The position numbers were made by a program, and so were the translations under genes. 64,000 nt of DNA. Origin: an uncultured Dehalococcoidaceae bacterium. Lineage in GTDB: Bacteria; Chloroflexota; Dehalococcoidia; Dehalococcoidales; RBG-16-60-22. Location of the stretch: the NCBI GenBank assembly GCA_964558675.1, contig CAZLEY010000007.1, positions 88 to 64,087 of the forward strand, written 5' to 3'. Of this stretch, positions 38,524 through 47,104 are shown piece by piece; position 1 is the first letter of the stretch; every line of letters starts with the position of its first letter. Below the pieces are notes generated by a model, which was given only the letters and a program-made list of their open reading frames with translations, was not told the DNA's origin and did no database searches.

Positions 38524-39234
38524 TTAAGAATCCTCCAGTATCACCCTGGCATCTACGGCGACGGCACCGTCACCGCGGGCTATTACCGGGTTGAGGTCGA
38601 TTTCCTTGACCGCCGGGTTTTCTTCAACAAATGCAGAGACGGCCAGCAGCATGTCCTCCAGTGCGGATATATCAACCGGTTCCTGGCCCCGGTAGCCTGT
38701 TAGCAGTTTATACCCTTTTATTTCCCTTATCATCTCCCCGGCGTCTTTTCTGGTGATGGGTGTTACTCTGAGCGATACGTCCTCGAGGATTTCTACCCAT
38801 AATCCGCCGAGACCGAACATCAGCACCGGGCCGAACTGGACGTCCTTGGTCATGCCGATAATCACTTCAACGCCCGGCAAGGCCATTTTCTGTACGGATA
38901 TGCCGTGGACTTTTACTCGGGGGTGTTTTTCGCTGACGTTCTTCAGAATTTCATCGCAGGCTGCTTCTACCTGCTCCGGCGTCTCCAGCCCCAGCCTGAT
39001 GCCACCGGCATCGCTTTTGTGTAAGATGTCCGGCGAGGCTATTTTCAATGCCACCGGGAAGCCGAGCTGCCTGCTTATGGAAGCGGCCTCTGACCCGGAT
39101 GCAGCCGGTCTGGTATCAATTACATTTATTCCCGCCCCCCCGAGGAGTCCCTTCGACTCTATTTCTGTCAGGGCTGTCCTGCCTTCACTTCTGGCTTGCT
39201 CTACTATCGGGTGCATAATTGATAGAACTATCAT
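38524..39234 (-). CDS. ATP-grasp protein resembling the beta subunit/domain of ADP-forming acetyl-CoA synthetase
   Basis: 236 aa. GRTALTEIESKGLL...GFPVALKIASPDILHKSDAGG. No alpha (CoA-binding) partner lies nearby. Confidence 0.65.
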   Translation of the reverse strand: MIVLSIMHPIVEQARSEGRTALTEIESKGLLGGAGINVIDTRPAASGSEAASISRQLGFPVALKIASPDILHKSDAGGIRLGLETPEQVEAACDEILKNVSEKHPRVKVHGISVQKMALPGVEVIIGMTKDVQFGPVLMFGLGGLWVEILEDVSLRVTPITRKDAGEMIREIKGYKLLTGYRGQEPVDISALEDMLLAVSAFVEENPAVKEIDLNPVIARGDGAVAVDARVILEDS

Positions 39235-39309
39235 TTAAATGTTGGATTATTAATCAGAACCAGTCCAGTATAACAGACCTTTGTCACGTTTGAAAAGGTC
39301 TGGTTTAGG

Positions 39310-40032
39310 TTAATTGCCTAGAAGTTCGCCAATCTCGTGAGTGCTCAGCTGTCTTACGTTTCCCTCTTCGAGGTTGCCCAGGCTGAGGCGGCCGATGCGG
39401 ACACGCTTCAGGGCCAGTACCTGATGACCCAGGCTGCCGAACATACGGCGCACCTGCCGTTTTCTTCCTTCGTGTATAGCTACGCTGTAGTTGAAGGGCG
39501 GCGGTGACGTTGCTACTCTAATCGTGGCGGGACTGGTAACGCCGTCCTCAAGCGTAATCCCCTGCTCTAGTTTGCTTGTGTCCCCCGGTGTGAGATTGCC
39601 ATTTATATGCACCAGGTATTCCTTCTCGTGTTCATATTTAGGGTGAGTAAGCCGGTAGGTAAGCCTGCCGTCGTTGGTTAGCAGCAAAAGGCCGGTACTG
39701 TCCTTGTCCAGCCTTCCCGCCGGGTACAGCCTCAGGTGACGGTACTCCCGGGGTAATATGTCCATGACCGTCCGGCGTCCTCTCTCGTCGCGGGTCGTGG
39801 ATAGTATTCCTCTTGGCTTGTGAAGCATCAGGCAGACGGGTTCCTCCGGTTTAAGGTCGATGGGTTTGCCGTCTACCAGAACACGGTCAGTGGCGAGGTC
39901 TACCGGATGTCGAAAGTCCTCGGCTATTTCACCGTTTATGACAACCTTGCCCTGCCTTATGGCGTCAGCCATGCGGCGCCGTGAGCCGATACCGGCTTCG
40001 GTCAGCGCTTTCAATAGAGGCCTGGTGGTCAT
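39310..40032 (-). CDS. Pseudouridine synthase, RsuA/RluB family, with an N-terminal S4 domain
   Basis: AGRLDKDSTGLLLLTNDG catalytic Asp motif. Confidence 0.85.
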   Translation of the reverse strand: MTTRPLLKALTEAGIGSRRRMADAIRQGKVVINGEIAEDFRHPVDLATDRVLVDGKPIDLKPEEPVCLMLHKPRGILSTTRDERGRRTVMDILPREYRHLRLYPAGRLDKDSTGLLLLTNDGRLTYRLTHPKYEHEKEYLVHINGNLTPGDTSKLEQGITLEDGVTSPATIRVATSPPPFNYSVAIHEGRKRQVRRMFGSLGHQVLALKRVRIGRLSLGNLEEGNVRQLSTHEIGELLGN

Positions 40033-40052
40033 ACGGCAAATTTATTCCCCGG

Positions 40053-42119
40053 TCAGCATCTGGTTACCTGGCAGAGCAGCGATTTGCATGGCAGGAAACC
40101 CGAAATAGGGTCCAGGTTCCGGTCGTCGACGAGTAAATTGACATTGGCTTCATCCGGCCATTCGTGCGGCACGGTAACGACGCCGGCCAGTATGGTGTCT
40201 GTAACGTTAGCCTTCATCCTGGCGGTGCCCCTGGGCGAGCTTACGGCTACCGTATCGCCTGTCTTGATGTTGCGTGGATTGGCGTCGGCGGGATTAATAT
40301 CGACCAGCGGTTCCGGCATTAAATCGCGCAGCTGGCGGACATGGCGGTACTGCGAATGCGTATAAGCTATCACTCTGGCGCCTGAGGTCAGCACCAGCGG
40401 ATAGGACTCCAGCATCTCAGGCCGACTCAGCGGACTCTCCGGGGGCTCTTTGTAGACCGGCAGCGGGTCAAGGCCCTGCTCCGCCAGTGCGGCGGAAGCG
40501 ATTTCCACCTTGCCTGACGGCGTTTGAAAGCCTTCTTTCTCGTAGTATTTCTCCGGCCTTGCCGATAACGGACGCATTATGCCGTGTGGATGCTGCTTCA
40601 GGTCCTGGGAGGTTAAGTTCAACGGCTCCAGGATATAGTCGACGCACTTCATAAAATCGCCGTTCCAGAAAAGGTCGCCGAAGCCCAGTCTCTTGGCCAG
40701 TTCCGAGTAGATTTTCCACTCCGTCCAGCTTTCGCCTATCGGTTCGATGGCAGGCTCTATCAGCTTGATATTCTCAATGCCGAGGTCGGCCATGAGTATA
40801 TGGCGCTCCAGCCATGAGGCTATGGGCAGCACAATATCGGCAAGCTGTGTGCCCGGCGTGTGAAAATACTCGGTAACCGCTATAAAATCAAGCTTCTTCA
40901 GGAGTTCAGCTATCCGGCTGGAATTGGGGAAAAACTGTGGGTCCAGTCCCGCTGAGAAGAGAGCTTTGAGGGGGTAAGGGTCGCCGCTCTCAATCTGGTC
41001 GGCTATGGCGTTGGACTGCATTTCGCGGTATCTTTTGGTCCAGATAGGGAACCTTATTGACCCTATGCCCGGCGGCATGTCAGCCACGCGCTCGTGCAGG
41101 GTGATGTCATTTACCGGTTGGCCGTAGGGCGCCCACCTGTTGCCGCCGGCCACTTCAAGGTTACCGGTTATCGCCGGGAGTAAAATCATGGCACGGTGGT
41201 TCTGTACACCGTTGAAATGGTGGGTGGTGCTATTGACACTCATGTGAATCTTGGCCGGTTTCTGGGTGGCATACAGTATGGCCGCTTCCCTGATTTTGGC
41301 GGCGGGAACCCAGGTTATCTGTTCCGTGCGCTCCGGGGAAAATTCGCCGGCTAGCTTTTTAAGGTCGTCAAAGCCGACCGTCCAGTTCTCAGCAAATTCT
41401 TTGTCGTGGAGGTTTTCCGCGATAATGACATTCATCATGCCCAGCGCCAGGGCGCCATCCGTACCCGGCCGCAACTGGAGGTGTATATCGGCCCTGGCAG
41501 CCATATCGGTGACGCGAGGGTCAACCACGATGAGCTTGATTCCCTTCTCACGGGCTTCCAGGTGGTCCTGCCACACCGGAGGGTTCGAGTTTCTGATACT
41601 GGAGCCCCAGAGCAGGAGGCATCTGGAGGCCGGGTCGATATTATTACTCTGTATAGCGAGTATGCCGTAGTCCCAACCATAGGTCAGGTTGGCGGCTATA
41701 TAGGTGGCGGAAGCGCAGCTGCTGCTCTCGGTACAGTAGTTGGGCGAGCCGAAGGCATGGGTCAGCCGGTGGAAGTAGGGTCGAGGTTCCTTGGTATAGG
41801 CAACCCAGAAAATGACCGACTCCGCTCCGTATTTATCCTTGGTCGTCTGCAATTTATCGGCTATGGTATCCAGCGCCTCGTCCCAGGATATGCGTGCCCA
41901 CGAGCCATTGCCCCTTTCACCAGTACGTTTCATCGGGTATTGCAAGCGGTCGGGGTGGTAGACAAAGTCAAGCTGGGCCTTCCAGCGGGGGCAGAAGGCT
42001 ACCTTATCGTCGGCGATTTCAATTTTTACAGCTTTGCCTTCACGGACATGGATTTTTGTGGGGCAACGATGTGTGCACATATAGCATATACCGTCTTTGA
42101 CGCTCTCTGTCTCGGCCAT
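40053..42119 (-). CDS. Molybdopterin (bis-MGD) oxidoreductase, DMSO-reductase superfamily, apparently cytoplasmic
   Basis: 688 aa. N-terminal 4Fe-4S motif CYMCTHRC...C. No twin-arginine signal and no adjacent partner subunits. Confidence 0.8.
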   Translation of the reverse strand: MAETESVKDGICYMCTHRCPTKIHVREGKAVKIEIADDKVAFCPRWKAQLDFVYHPDRLQYPMKRTGERGNGSWARISWDEALDTIADKLQTTKDKYGAESVIFWVAYTKEPRPYFHRLTHAFGSPNYCTESSSCASATYIAANLTYGWDYGILAIQSNNIDPASRCLLLWGSSIRNSNPPVWQDHLEAREKGIKLIVVDPRVTDMAARADIHLQLRPGTDGALALGMMNVIIAENLHDKEFAENWTVGFDDLKKLAGEFSPERTEQITWVPAAKIREAAILYATQKPAKIHMSVNSTTHHFNGVQNHRAMILLPAITGNLEVAGGNRWAPYGQPVNDITLHERVADMPPGIGSIRFPIWTKRYREMQSNAIADQIESGDPYPLKALFSAGLDPQFFPNSSRIAELLKKLDFIAVTEYFHTPGTQLADIVLPIASWLERHILMADLGIENIKLIEPAIEPIGESWTEWKIYSELAKRLGFGDLFWNGDFMKCVDYILEPLNLTSQDLKQHPHGIMRPLSARPEKYYEKEGFQTPSGKVEIASAALAEQGLDPLPVYKEPPESPLSRPEMLESYPLVLTSGARVIAYTHSQYRHVRQLRDLMPEPLVDINPADANPRNIKTGDTVAVSSPRGTARMKANVTDTILAGVVTVPHEWPDEANVNLLVDDRNLDPISGFLPCKSLLCQVTRC

Positions 42120-42341
42120 AGCGTATTTATTCTCCCTTCTTGCTTGAAACCATTAAATGCAGGCTGGTGTAACGTGTGCATTTTTACTATATCAGATTAC
42201 CGGCGTGGATTAAAGTGACATTGCCTTAGAAATGATGTAAAGCTGAACACGGGTGCCTGGCGTTACGCCTTGCGCTGTACTGTCGAAATGATATGTCTGT
42301 GATATAATGATCAGGTAAGTACTTGCCCGGAGATTTGAAGT

Positions 42342-42686
42342 CTGGAAACGATAGAAGTAGCTCGCCGAGCTGTAGAGGTCGCCAGCGATAAGCAGGCCAG
42401 CGATATTGTGTTGCTGGATGTGCGCGCTAGTTGCACTTTTACCGATTATTTCATCATCTGTGCCGGCGATAGTGAGAGGCAGATTCGCACCATCTATGAT
42501 GAAATCGAACAGGTCCTGAAACAAGAGGGAGTCTTACCACACCACCATGAAGGCACGATAGATTCGGGGTGGCTCCTGCTCGATTACGGTGACGTTATCG
42601 TGCATGTGTTCGCGGCACCGGAGCGGGAATATTACCAGCTCGATAAGCTCTGGAGTAAAGCAAAGTCGGTAATAAGGATTCAATAA
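42342..42686 (+). CDS. rsfS: Ribosomal silencing factor RsfS (start codon uncertain)
   Basis: The tracked ORF starts at GTG 42408. The conserved N-terminus LETIEVARRAVEVASDKQASDIV continues in frame back to the stop at 42336-42338. CTG 42342 lies 9 nt after GGAG (42329-42332). Confidence 0.75.
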   Translation: METIEVARRAVEVASDKQASDIVLLDVRASCTFTDYFIICAGDSERQIRTIYDEIEQVLKQEGVLPHHHEGTIDSGWLLLDYGDVIVHVFAAPEREYYQLDKLWSKAKSVIRIQ

Positions 42687-42699
42687 AACGGAGGCTAAT

Positions 42700-42895
42700 C
42701 TCACCCCCCCCTCTTAGATATCTATTCCCACCCGCCGCCCTCGCATCATTCTATGCTATCCCTTAAATATCCCCCGCCCCTTTTCCCCCCGAAAATACGT
42801 CATTCCCACGAATGCTGGAATCCAGCCAGAATAGTATCCCCCTTTCGTAAAGGGGGACTAAGGGGGATTTAATATAGGGATAAAGAGGGTGAGGT
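42700..42895. repeat. Mosaic intergenic repeat cluster R7 (modules A, C' and B)
   Basis: ATATCTATTCCCACCCGCCGCCCTCGCATCATTCT (42717-42752), GTCATTCCCACGAATGCTGGAATCCAG, and CCCCCTTTCGTAAAGGGGGACTAAGGGGGATTT (42838-42870). Confidence 0.8.
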
Positions 42896-42912
42896 TAAAA
42901 CGGGGACCGCAC

Positions 42913-43332
42913 TCAAAGTTTAAAAATCTCGTCTTTAGAGAAGAACAGCCCTATTTCCTTTTCGGCGTTTTCCGGGGAGTCGGAAGCGTGTGTTGAGTTG
43001 CGTTGGATGTCCAGGCCGAATTCACTCCGTATTGTTCCGTCCTCGGCCTTGGCGGGGTCGGTGGCTCCCATCACCTTCCTGATTCGCTCTACGGCGTCTT
43101 CCCCCTCGAAGACACTGGCTACTATCGGGGTGGAAATGATGTATTCCACCAGTTCTTTGAAGAATGGTTTGTCTCTATGGATAGCGTAATGCCGTTCGGC
43201 CAGGGCTCTATCCATGTGGAGCATCCTTAATGCTATAAGCTTGAGGCCTTCCCTTTCGAGGCGGCCGAGAATTGTACCTGACAGTCCTCTTTCCATAGCA
43301 TCAGGCTTGATGAGAACCAGAGACCTCTCCAT
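42913..43332 (-). CDS. ndk: Nucleoside diphosphate kinase
   Basis: MERSLVLIKPDA...NSTHASDS. 139 aa. Confidence 0.95.
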   Translation of the reverse strand: MERSLVLIKPDAMERGLSGTILGRLEREGLKLIALRMLHMDRALAERHYAIHRDKPFFKELVEYIISTPIVASVFEGEDAVERIRKVMGATDPAKAEDGTIRSEFGLDIQRNSTHASDSPENAEKEIGLFFSKDEIFKL

Positions 43333-43371
43333 GTTTAACTCCTAATTAAGTATATTTTAATAAACCGTGTA

Positions 43372-44049
43372 TCAGGCCGTCGCGGTAGGATGGAAGAGTC
43401 CGGCCAGGTTACTGATGTTGACTGTCTCCAGCGTATCCACGACAAGGTCGGCTTCCTTCAGGCTGTTCCTTGAGTGGCTGTTGGTGACGGCAACGCATTT
43501 CATGCCGGCCTGCCTGGCGCCGGCAATCCCGGCGATGGCATCCTCGATGACTACACAGTTGCCCGGTTCTGTTTCCAGTTTTTCGGCGGCCAGCAGGAAA
43601 ATCTGCGGACTGGGTTTGCCTTCGGTAACCTCCTGGCCGTAGGCGATAGCCTGGAAGTAGTCCTCTATGCCCAGGCCCCCGATAATTACCCGGATATTCT
43701 CCGGAGGCGCCGAGGAAGCTATCGCCGATTTTATACCCTGTTTGTTAAGCGATTCTATCAGTTCTATAGCACCGGGCAGCGACTTTATGTTTTCAGCGAC
43801 CAGCCGGCGGTAGGTCGCCTCTTTTTCATCGGCAATGATGTCCAGTTCTTCCTGTGATATGTCAGTACCGACCGTATCGCGGATTATGGTGTCGTTTCTC
43901 TGTCCGAAATGGCGCATGAAGAACTCTTCGGTGAAGCTCACCCCTCTTTTCCCGAAGGTATATTGCCAGGCCCGGCAGTGATATGTGCCAGTATCAGCGA
44001 TAACGCCGTCCAGGTCCCAGAGTACAGCCTCGAGTTGTCCTTCAGTCAT
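43372..44049 (-). CDS. HAD-superfamily hydrolase (beta-phosphoglucomutase-like subfamily)
   Basis: LWDLDGVIADT motif I. ATG 44049 overlaps the upstream stop by 8 nt (ATGACTGA). Confidence 0.8.
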   Translation of the reverse strand: MTEGQLEAVLWDLDGVIADTGTYHCRAWQYTFGKRGVSFTEEFFMRHFGQRNDTIIRDTVGTDISQEELDIIADEKEATYRRLVAENIKSLPGAIELIESLNKQGIKSAIASSAPPENIRVIIGGLGIEDYFQAIAYGQEVTEGKPSPQIFLLAAEKLETEPGNCVVIEDAIAGIAGARQAGMKCVAVTNSHSRNSLKEADLVVDTLETVNISNLAGLFHPTATA

Positions 44050-44506
44050 TGCTTGACTCCCGGCTTCTGCCGCCGTGACCCGGCTCATTTTCAATGACGA
44101 ACTGTTTAGCTGAGCTTTCGGCCATCACGGTGCCGTCCTTTGAACATACCGTGGCTCTGGTTTCAAATAACTTCCTGCTGTTCCTGATTACCGAGGCAGT
44201 GATAACGAGCGGCTCCTCCACCTTTACCGGTTGCCTGAGCCTGATATTCATGCTGGCGGTGAGACAGGTGGCGCCTTCAAAGTAGGCGGCGTAGCTCATT
44301 GCCTCATCCAGCAGACTGGCTACGATGCCGCCGTGAACGACCCCCGGCCACCCCTGGTGGGCCTGACTCGGTGTAAACTCGGCACGGCAGGCATCGCCTT
44401 CTTTCTTAAACTTTAATTTCAATCCGATGGGGTTATTACGCCCGCACCCGAAACATAATCCCTCGTTCAGGTCGGTGCTGATTGATATTTTTGGTAAAGC
44501 TGCCAT
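44042..44506 (-). CDS. PaaI-type hotdog-fold thioesterase
   Basis: 154 aa. HGGIVASLLDEA motif. Confidence 0.7.
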   Translation of the reverse strand: MAALPKISISTDLNEGLCFGCGRNNPIGLKLKFKKEGDACRAEFTPSQAHQGWPGVVHGGIVASLLDEAMSYAAYFEGATCLTASMNIRLRQPVKVEEPLVITASVIRNSRKLFETRATVCSKDGTVMAESSAKQFVIENEPGHGGRSRESSND

Positions 44507-44537
44507 AGCATTATCTCCGTTTCAGTACGATTAAAAT

Positions 44538-45545
44538 CTAACCAGGCTTAAAATGCTCCCAACCGGTCTCACGCACACTGACAGGATTGCCTTTGTTGTC
44601 AAACAGGCTGATTTCGCCGGGCTGGCCGGCGGTTATTTCACCGATGACGTTTACCGGGCATGGTGCCTCTGCCTTAACGCTGCCGATTGCCTTTTCGGTT
44701 CCCGTAAAAAGCAGTTCGTAGTCCTCCCCTCCCCCCAGCGCCAGTTCCAGTGCCCTTTCCCCGAAATTGTCCCTGACCGTGTTATGAATCGGCAGGCGGT
44801 CAGCTTCCACTCGTGCGCTGACGTTGCTTGCCTGGCATATATGGCGCAGGTCGGAGAGCAGCCCGTCGCTGATATCAATGGCTGTGGTCAGGCCTTTCTT
44901 TACCAGCAGCTGGCCTTCAACTATGCGCGGCAGGGGACGGTGAAAGGCGTCCCTTAAGTAAGCGCTGGCCTCCGGGCTGAAATGGGATTTTCCCGACAGC
45001 ATCTCCAGTCCCGCTGAAGCGCTGCCCAGATATCCGGTAACGGCTATGCTATCGCCGGGTCTGGCGTTGGAGCGACGTAATATGTTCTTATCCGGGCGGC
45101 CGCCGAGGACGCTGACGGTGATTGATACCACCGGCGACTCGCACGTGTCGCCGCCGACGATGGCTACCTGAAACTGCTGTCCCAGCTCAATCATCCCCTC
45201 ATAAAGGGCGGCAACATCCTCCACTTCCGTATCTTCCGGCAGGGCCAGCGATACTAGCGCGTACTCCGGCACGCCGCCCATAGCGGCGATGTCGCTGAGA
45301 TTAATAGCCAGCGATTTCCACCCCAGTTCTTTCCAGGAAATCGTGCTCAGGGAAAAGTGAACGTCCTGTATCATGGAATCGACCGTAGCCAGCTGGGTTG
45401 AGGTATCGCTGTGCCAGGCAGCGGCATCATCGCCGATACCGACGATAAGCTTTTGATGGGGTTTCGTCTGATTGTCCTCAGAATCGGAAATCATCCTTGC
45501 CAGGAGGTCAATCAGGCCGAATTCTCCCAGCTCCGAGACTTTCAT
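44538..45545 (-). CDS. thiL: Thiamine-monophosphate kinase
   Basis: MKVSELGEFGLIDLL...GIGDDAA...DISDGL. ATG 45545 is preferred over 45563. Confidence 0.85.
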   Translation of the reverse strand: MKVSELGEFGLIDLLARMISDSEDNQTKPHQKLIVGIGDDAAAWHSDTSTQLATVDSMIQDVHFSLSTISWKELGWKSLAINLSDIAAMGGVPEYALVSLALPEDTEVEDVAALYEGMIELGQQFQVAIVGGDTCESPVVSITVSVLGGRPDKNILRRSNARPGDSIAVTGYLGSASAGLEMLSGKSHFSPEASAYLRDAFHRPLPRIVEGQLLVKKGLTTAIDISDGLLSDLRHICQASNVSARVEADRLPIHNTVRDNFGERALELALGGGEDYELLFTGTEKAIGSVKAEAPCPVNVIGEITAGQPGEISLFDNKGNPVSVRETGWEHFKPG

Positions 45546-45605
45546 AAGAAAATTATAACACATTCCTGAAAGCGCTAACTACGCCGGGAAATATCTCCGA
45601 GTATG

Positions 45606-45635
45606 CAAAAAGGGAGCGGGCATTGCCCCGCTCCC
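45606..45635 (-). terminator. Intrinsic terminator after the small membrane-protein gene
   Basis: GGGAGCGGG (45612-45620) pairs with CCCGCTCCC (45627-45635). On the minus strand it is followed by TTTTT. Confidence 0.6.
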
Positions 45636-45662
45636 CGTTTATTTCTCACCGGATAATGTTAT

Positions 45663-45902
45663 CTAGTGCTTATCTTCAAACTCGACGTTTACCGGGAAAC
45701 GCTTATGGTTTGACCTGCCCGGCAGGCGCTTGAGTGCCGGTATTCGTAAGAGCGCCCCGGAAATACCGGCTGAGCCCATCACGATTGCCGCGACTCTCTC
45801 CGCTCCGCCTATCGGCTGAAGCCATGCCAGCGTCAGTATAATCAAGCCCATTACCCCGAACAACGCTGGTAAGAACATGCTGTGTGTTTTTTTCTCGTTC
45901 AT
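45663..45902 (-). CDS. Small hypothetical membrane protein
   Basis: 79 aa, two hydrophobic segments, with its own terminator. Confidence 0.4.
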   Translation of the reverse strand: MNEKKTHSMFLPALFGVMGLIILTLAWLQPIGGAERVAAIVMGSAGISGALLRIPALKRLPGRSNHKRFPVNVEFEDKH

Positions 45903-46127
45903 CTCGCGCCTCCGGCGTCTCTTGCTTCTAATATGTATAACGCCAGAATAGTTTTTTAGTTAGCTGCAAAAGGGAAAATTCATTTAAATTTTCTCTTATC
46001 CTTGGACAACAGATTACTACAACACTATTAAGAAGTTATTAAAATATTTGAAAAATCGGATAAAATATCGTATGCATATACATTAAGTACTGGCGATATC
46101 TCTCGAAACCTGCTATATTATTTCTAA

Positions 46128-46859
46128 ATGCGTTACGCTATCATCGCCGATATACATGCCAACCTAGCTGCGTTCACCGCGGTGCTGGCTGACATTGAGC
46201 AGAAGGGTGGTGTGGAGGAGATATGGTGTCTGGGTGACATCGTCGGTTACGGCCCTGACCCCTGCCAGTGCATTGAGCTTCTGCGGAAGTATAACCATGT
46301 CTGCGTAGCCGGTAATCATGACCTGGCAGCTATCGGCAGGGTTGATACCACGTACTTCAATCCCATGGCGGCCGCGGCCTGCCAGTGGACTGCCGAGCAG
46401 CTCAGTCCGGGTGATGTTCATTATCTGGAGAAATTACCATTGACTATTGAGAAAGGGGACTTTCTTCTGGTACACGGCAGCCCGATGGAGCCTGTCTGGG
46501 AGTACGTAATATCAGCCGGCATTGCCGCCAGGAATTTCTCCTTTTTGAAGTCGCAATTTTGTCTATTAGGTCACTCACATGTGCCGGTGGCATTCAAAGA
46601 AGAAGGCAACTCCTGCCTGCCCATTCAGCTGTCGCCTGGCATCGGGCTGGTGCTTGGCGATAACCGCATGATTATTAATCCGGGTGGGGTGGGGCAACCG
46701 CGGGATGGCGACCCGCGGGCAAGTTATGCTATCTATGACACCGAAAGCCGGATGGTAAGGCTTTATCGTATCCCTTACGATATCACGGCCACCCAGAGTA
46801 AAATGCTGAAGGCCGGTCTGCCCGTGCATCTGGCGACCAGGCTGGAAGCCGGCCGGTAG
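46128..46859 (+). CDS. Metallophosphoesterase (calcineurin-like, YfcE/MJ0936-type)
   Basis: DIHAN, GDIVGYGP, GNHD and GHSH motifs. Confidence 0.8.
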   Translation: MRYAIIADIHANLAAFTAVLADIEQKGGVEEIWCLGDIVGYGPDPCQCIELLRKYNHVCVAGNHDLAAIGRVDTTYFNPMAAAACQWTAEQLSPGDVHYLEKLPLTIEKGDFLLVHGSPMEPVWEYVISAGIAARNFSFLKSQFCLLGHSHVPVAFKEEGNSCLPIQLSPGIGLVLGDNRMIINPGGVGQPRDGDPRASYAIYDTESRMVRLYRIPYDITATQSKMLKAGLPVHLATRLEAGR

Positions 46860-46861
46860 CC

Positions 46862-47056
46862 CCGCCCGTAAATGTCATTGCGAGTCCTTCCACTGAAGGA
46901 CGAAGCAATCCGCCCCTTAATTTTCCCTGGCCACCCCGCCACCCTTCTTTGTTATCTATTCCCACCCACCCGCCCTCGCATCATTCTCGGCTTATACCTT
47001 AAATATCCCCCACCCAGTTTCCCCCTTTGAAAAAGGGGGATTAAGGGGGATTTAAG
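46862..47056. repeat. Mosaic intergenic repeat cluster R8 (modules C, A and B)
   Basis: GTCATTGCGAGTCCTTCCACTGAAGGACGAAGCAATC (46874-46910), GTTATCTATTCCCACCCACCCGCCCTCGCATCATTCTC (46951-46988), and CCCCCTTTGAAAAAGGGGGATTAAGGGGGATTT (47021-47053). Confidence 0.85.
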
Positions 47057-47068
47057 TCACTCTCATCC

Positions 47069-47097
47069 TTGACAAACCAGCCCTCACCATTTACCAT
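47069..47097 (+). promoter_or_regulatory. Putative promoter of the SRP RNA gene
   Basis: TTGACA (47069-47074), a 17-nt spacer and TACCAT (47092-47097), about 8 nt before the RNA 5' end. Confidence 0.4.
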
Positions 47098-47104
47098 TTT
47101 TATT

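Noticed and set aside
41251-42218. Plus-strand ORFs (139 aa and 270 aa) antisense to the molybdopterin oxidoreductase gene.
   Set aside because: They are shadow ORFs. The 270-aa ORF also runs into the intergenic region without an RBS.
42210-42524. 104-aa minus-strand ORF overlapping the rsfS 5' region.
   Set aside because: The plus frame encodes the conserved RsfS N-terminus, and the minus ORF has no recognisable features.
46783-46965. 60-aa minus-strand ORF, and similarly 50162-50605 (+) ending ...CHCEERSDAAISI.
   Set aside because: Both derive their unique sequence from repeat modules C, A and B. The remainder overlaps real genes (the metallophosphoesterase and rubrerythrin genes) out of frame.
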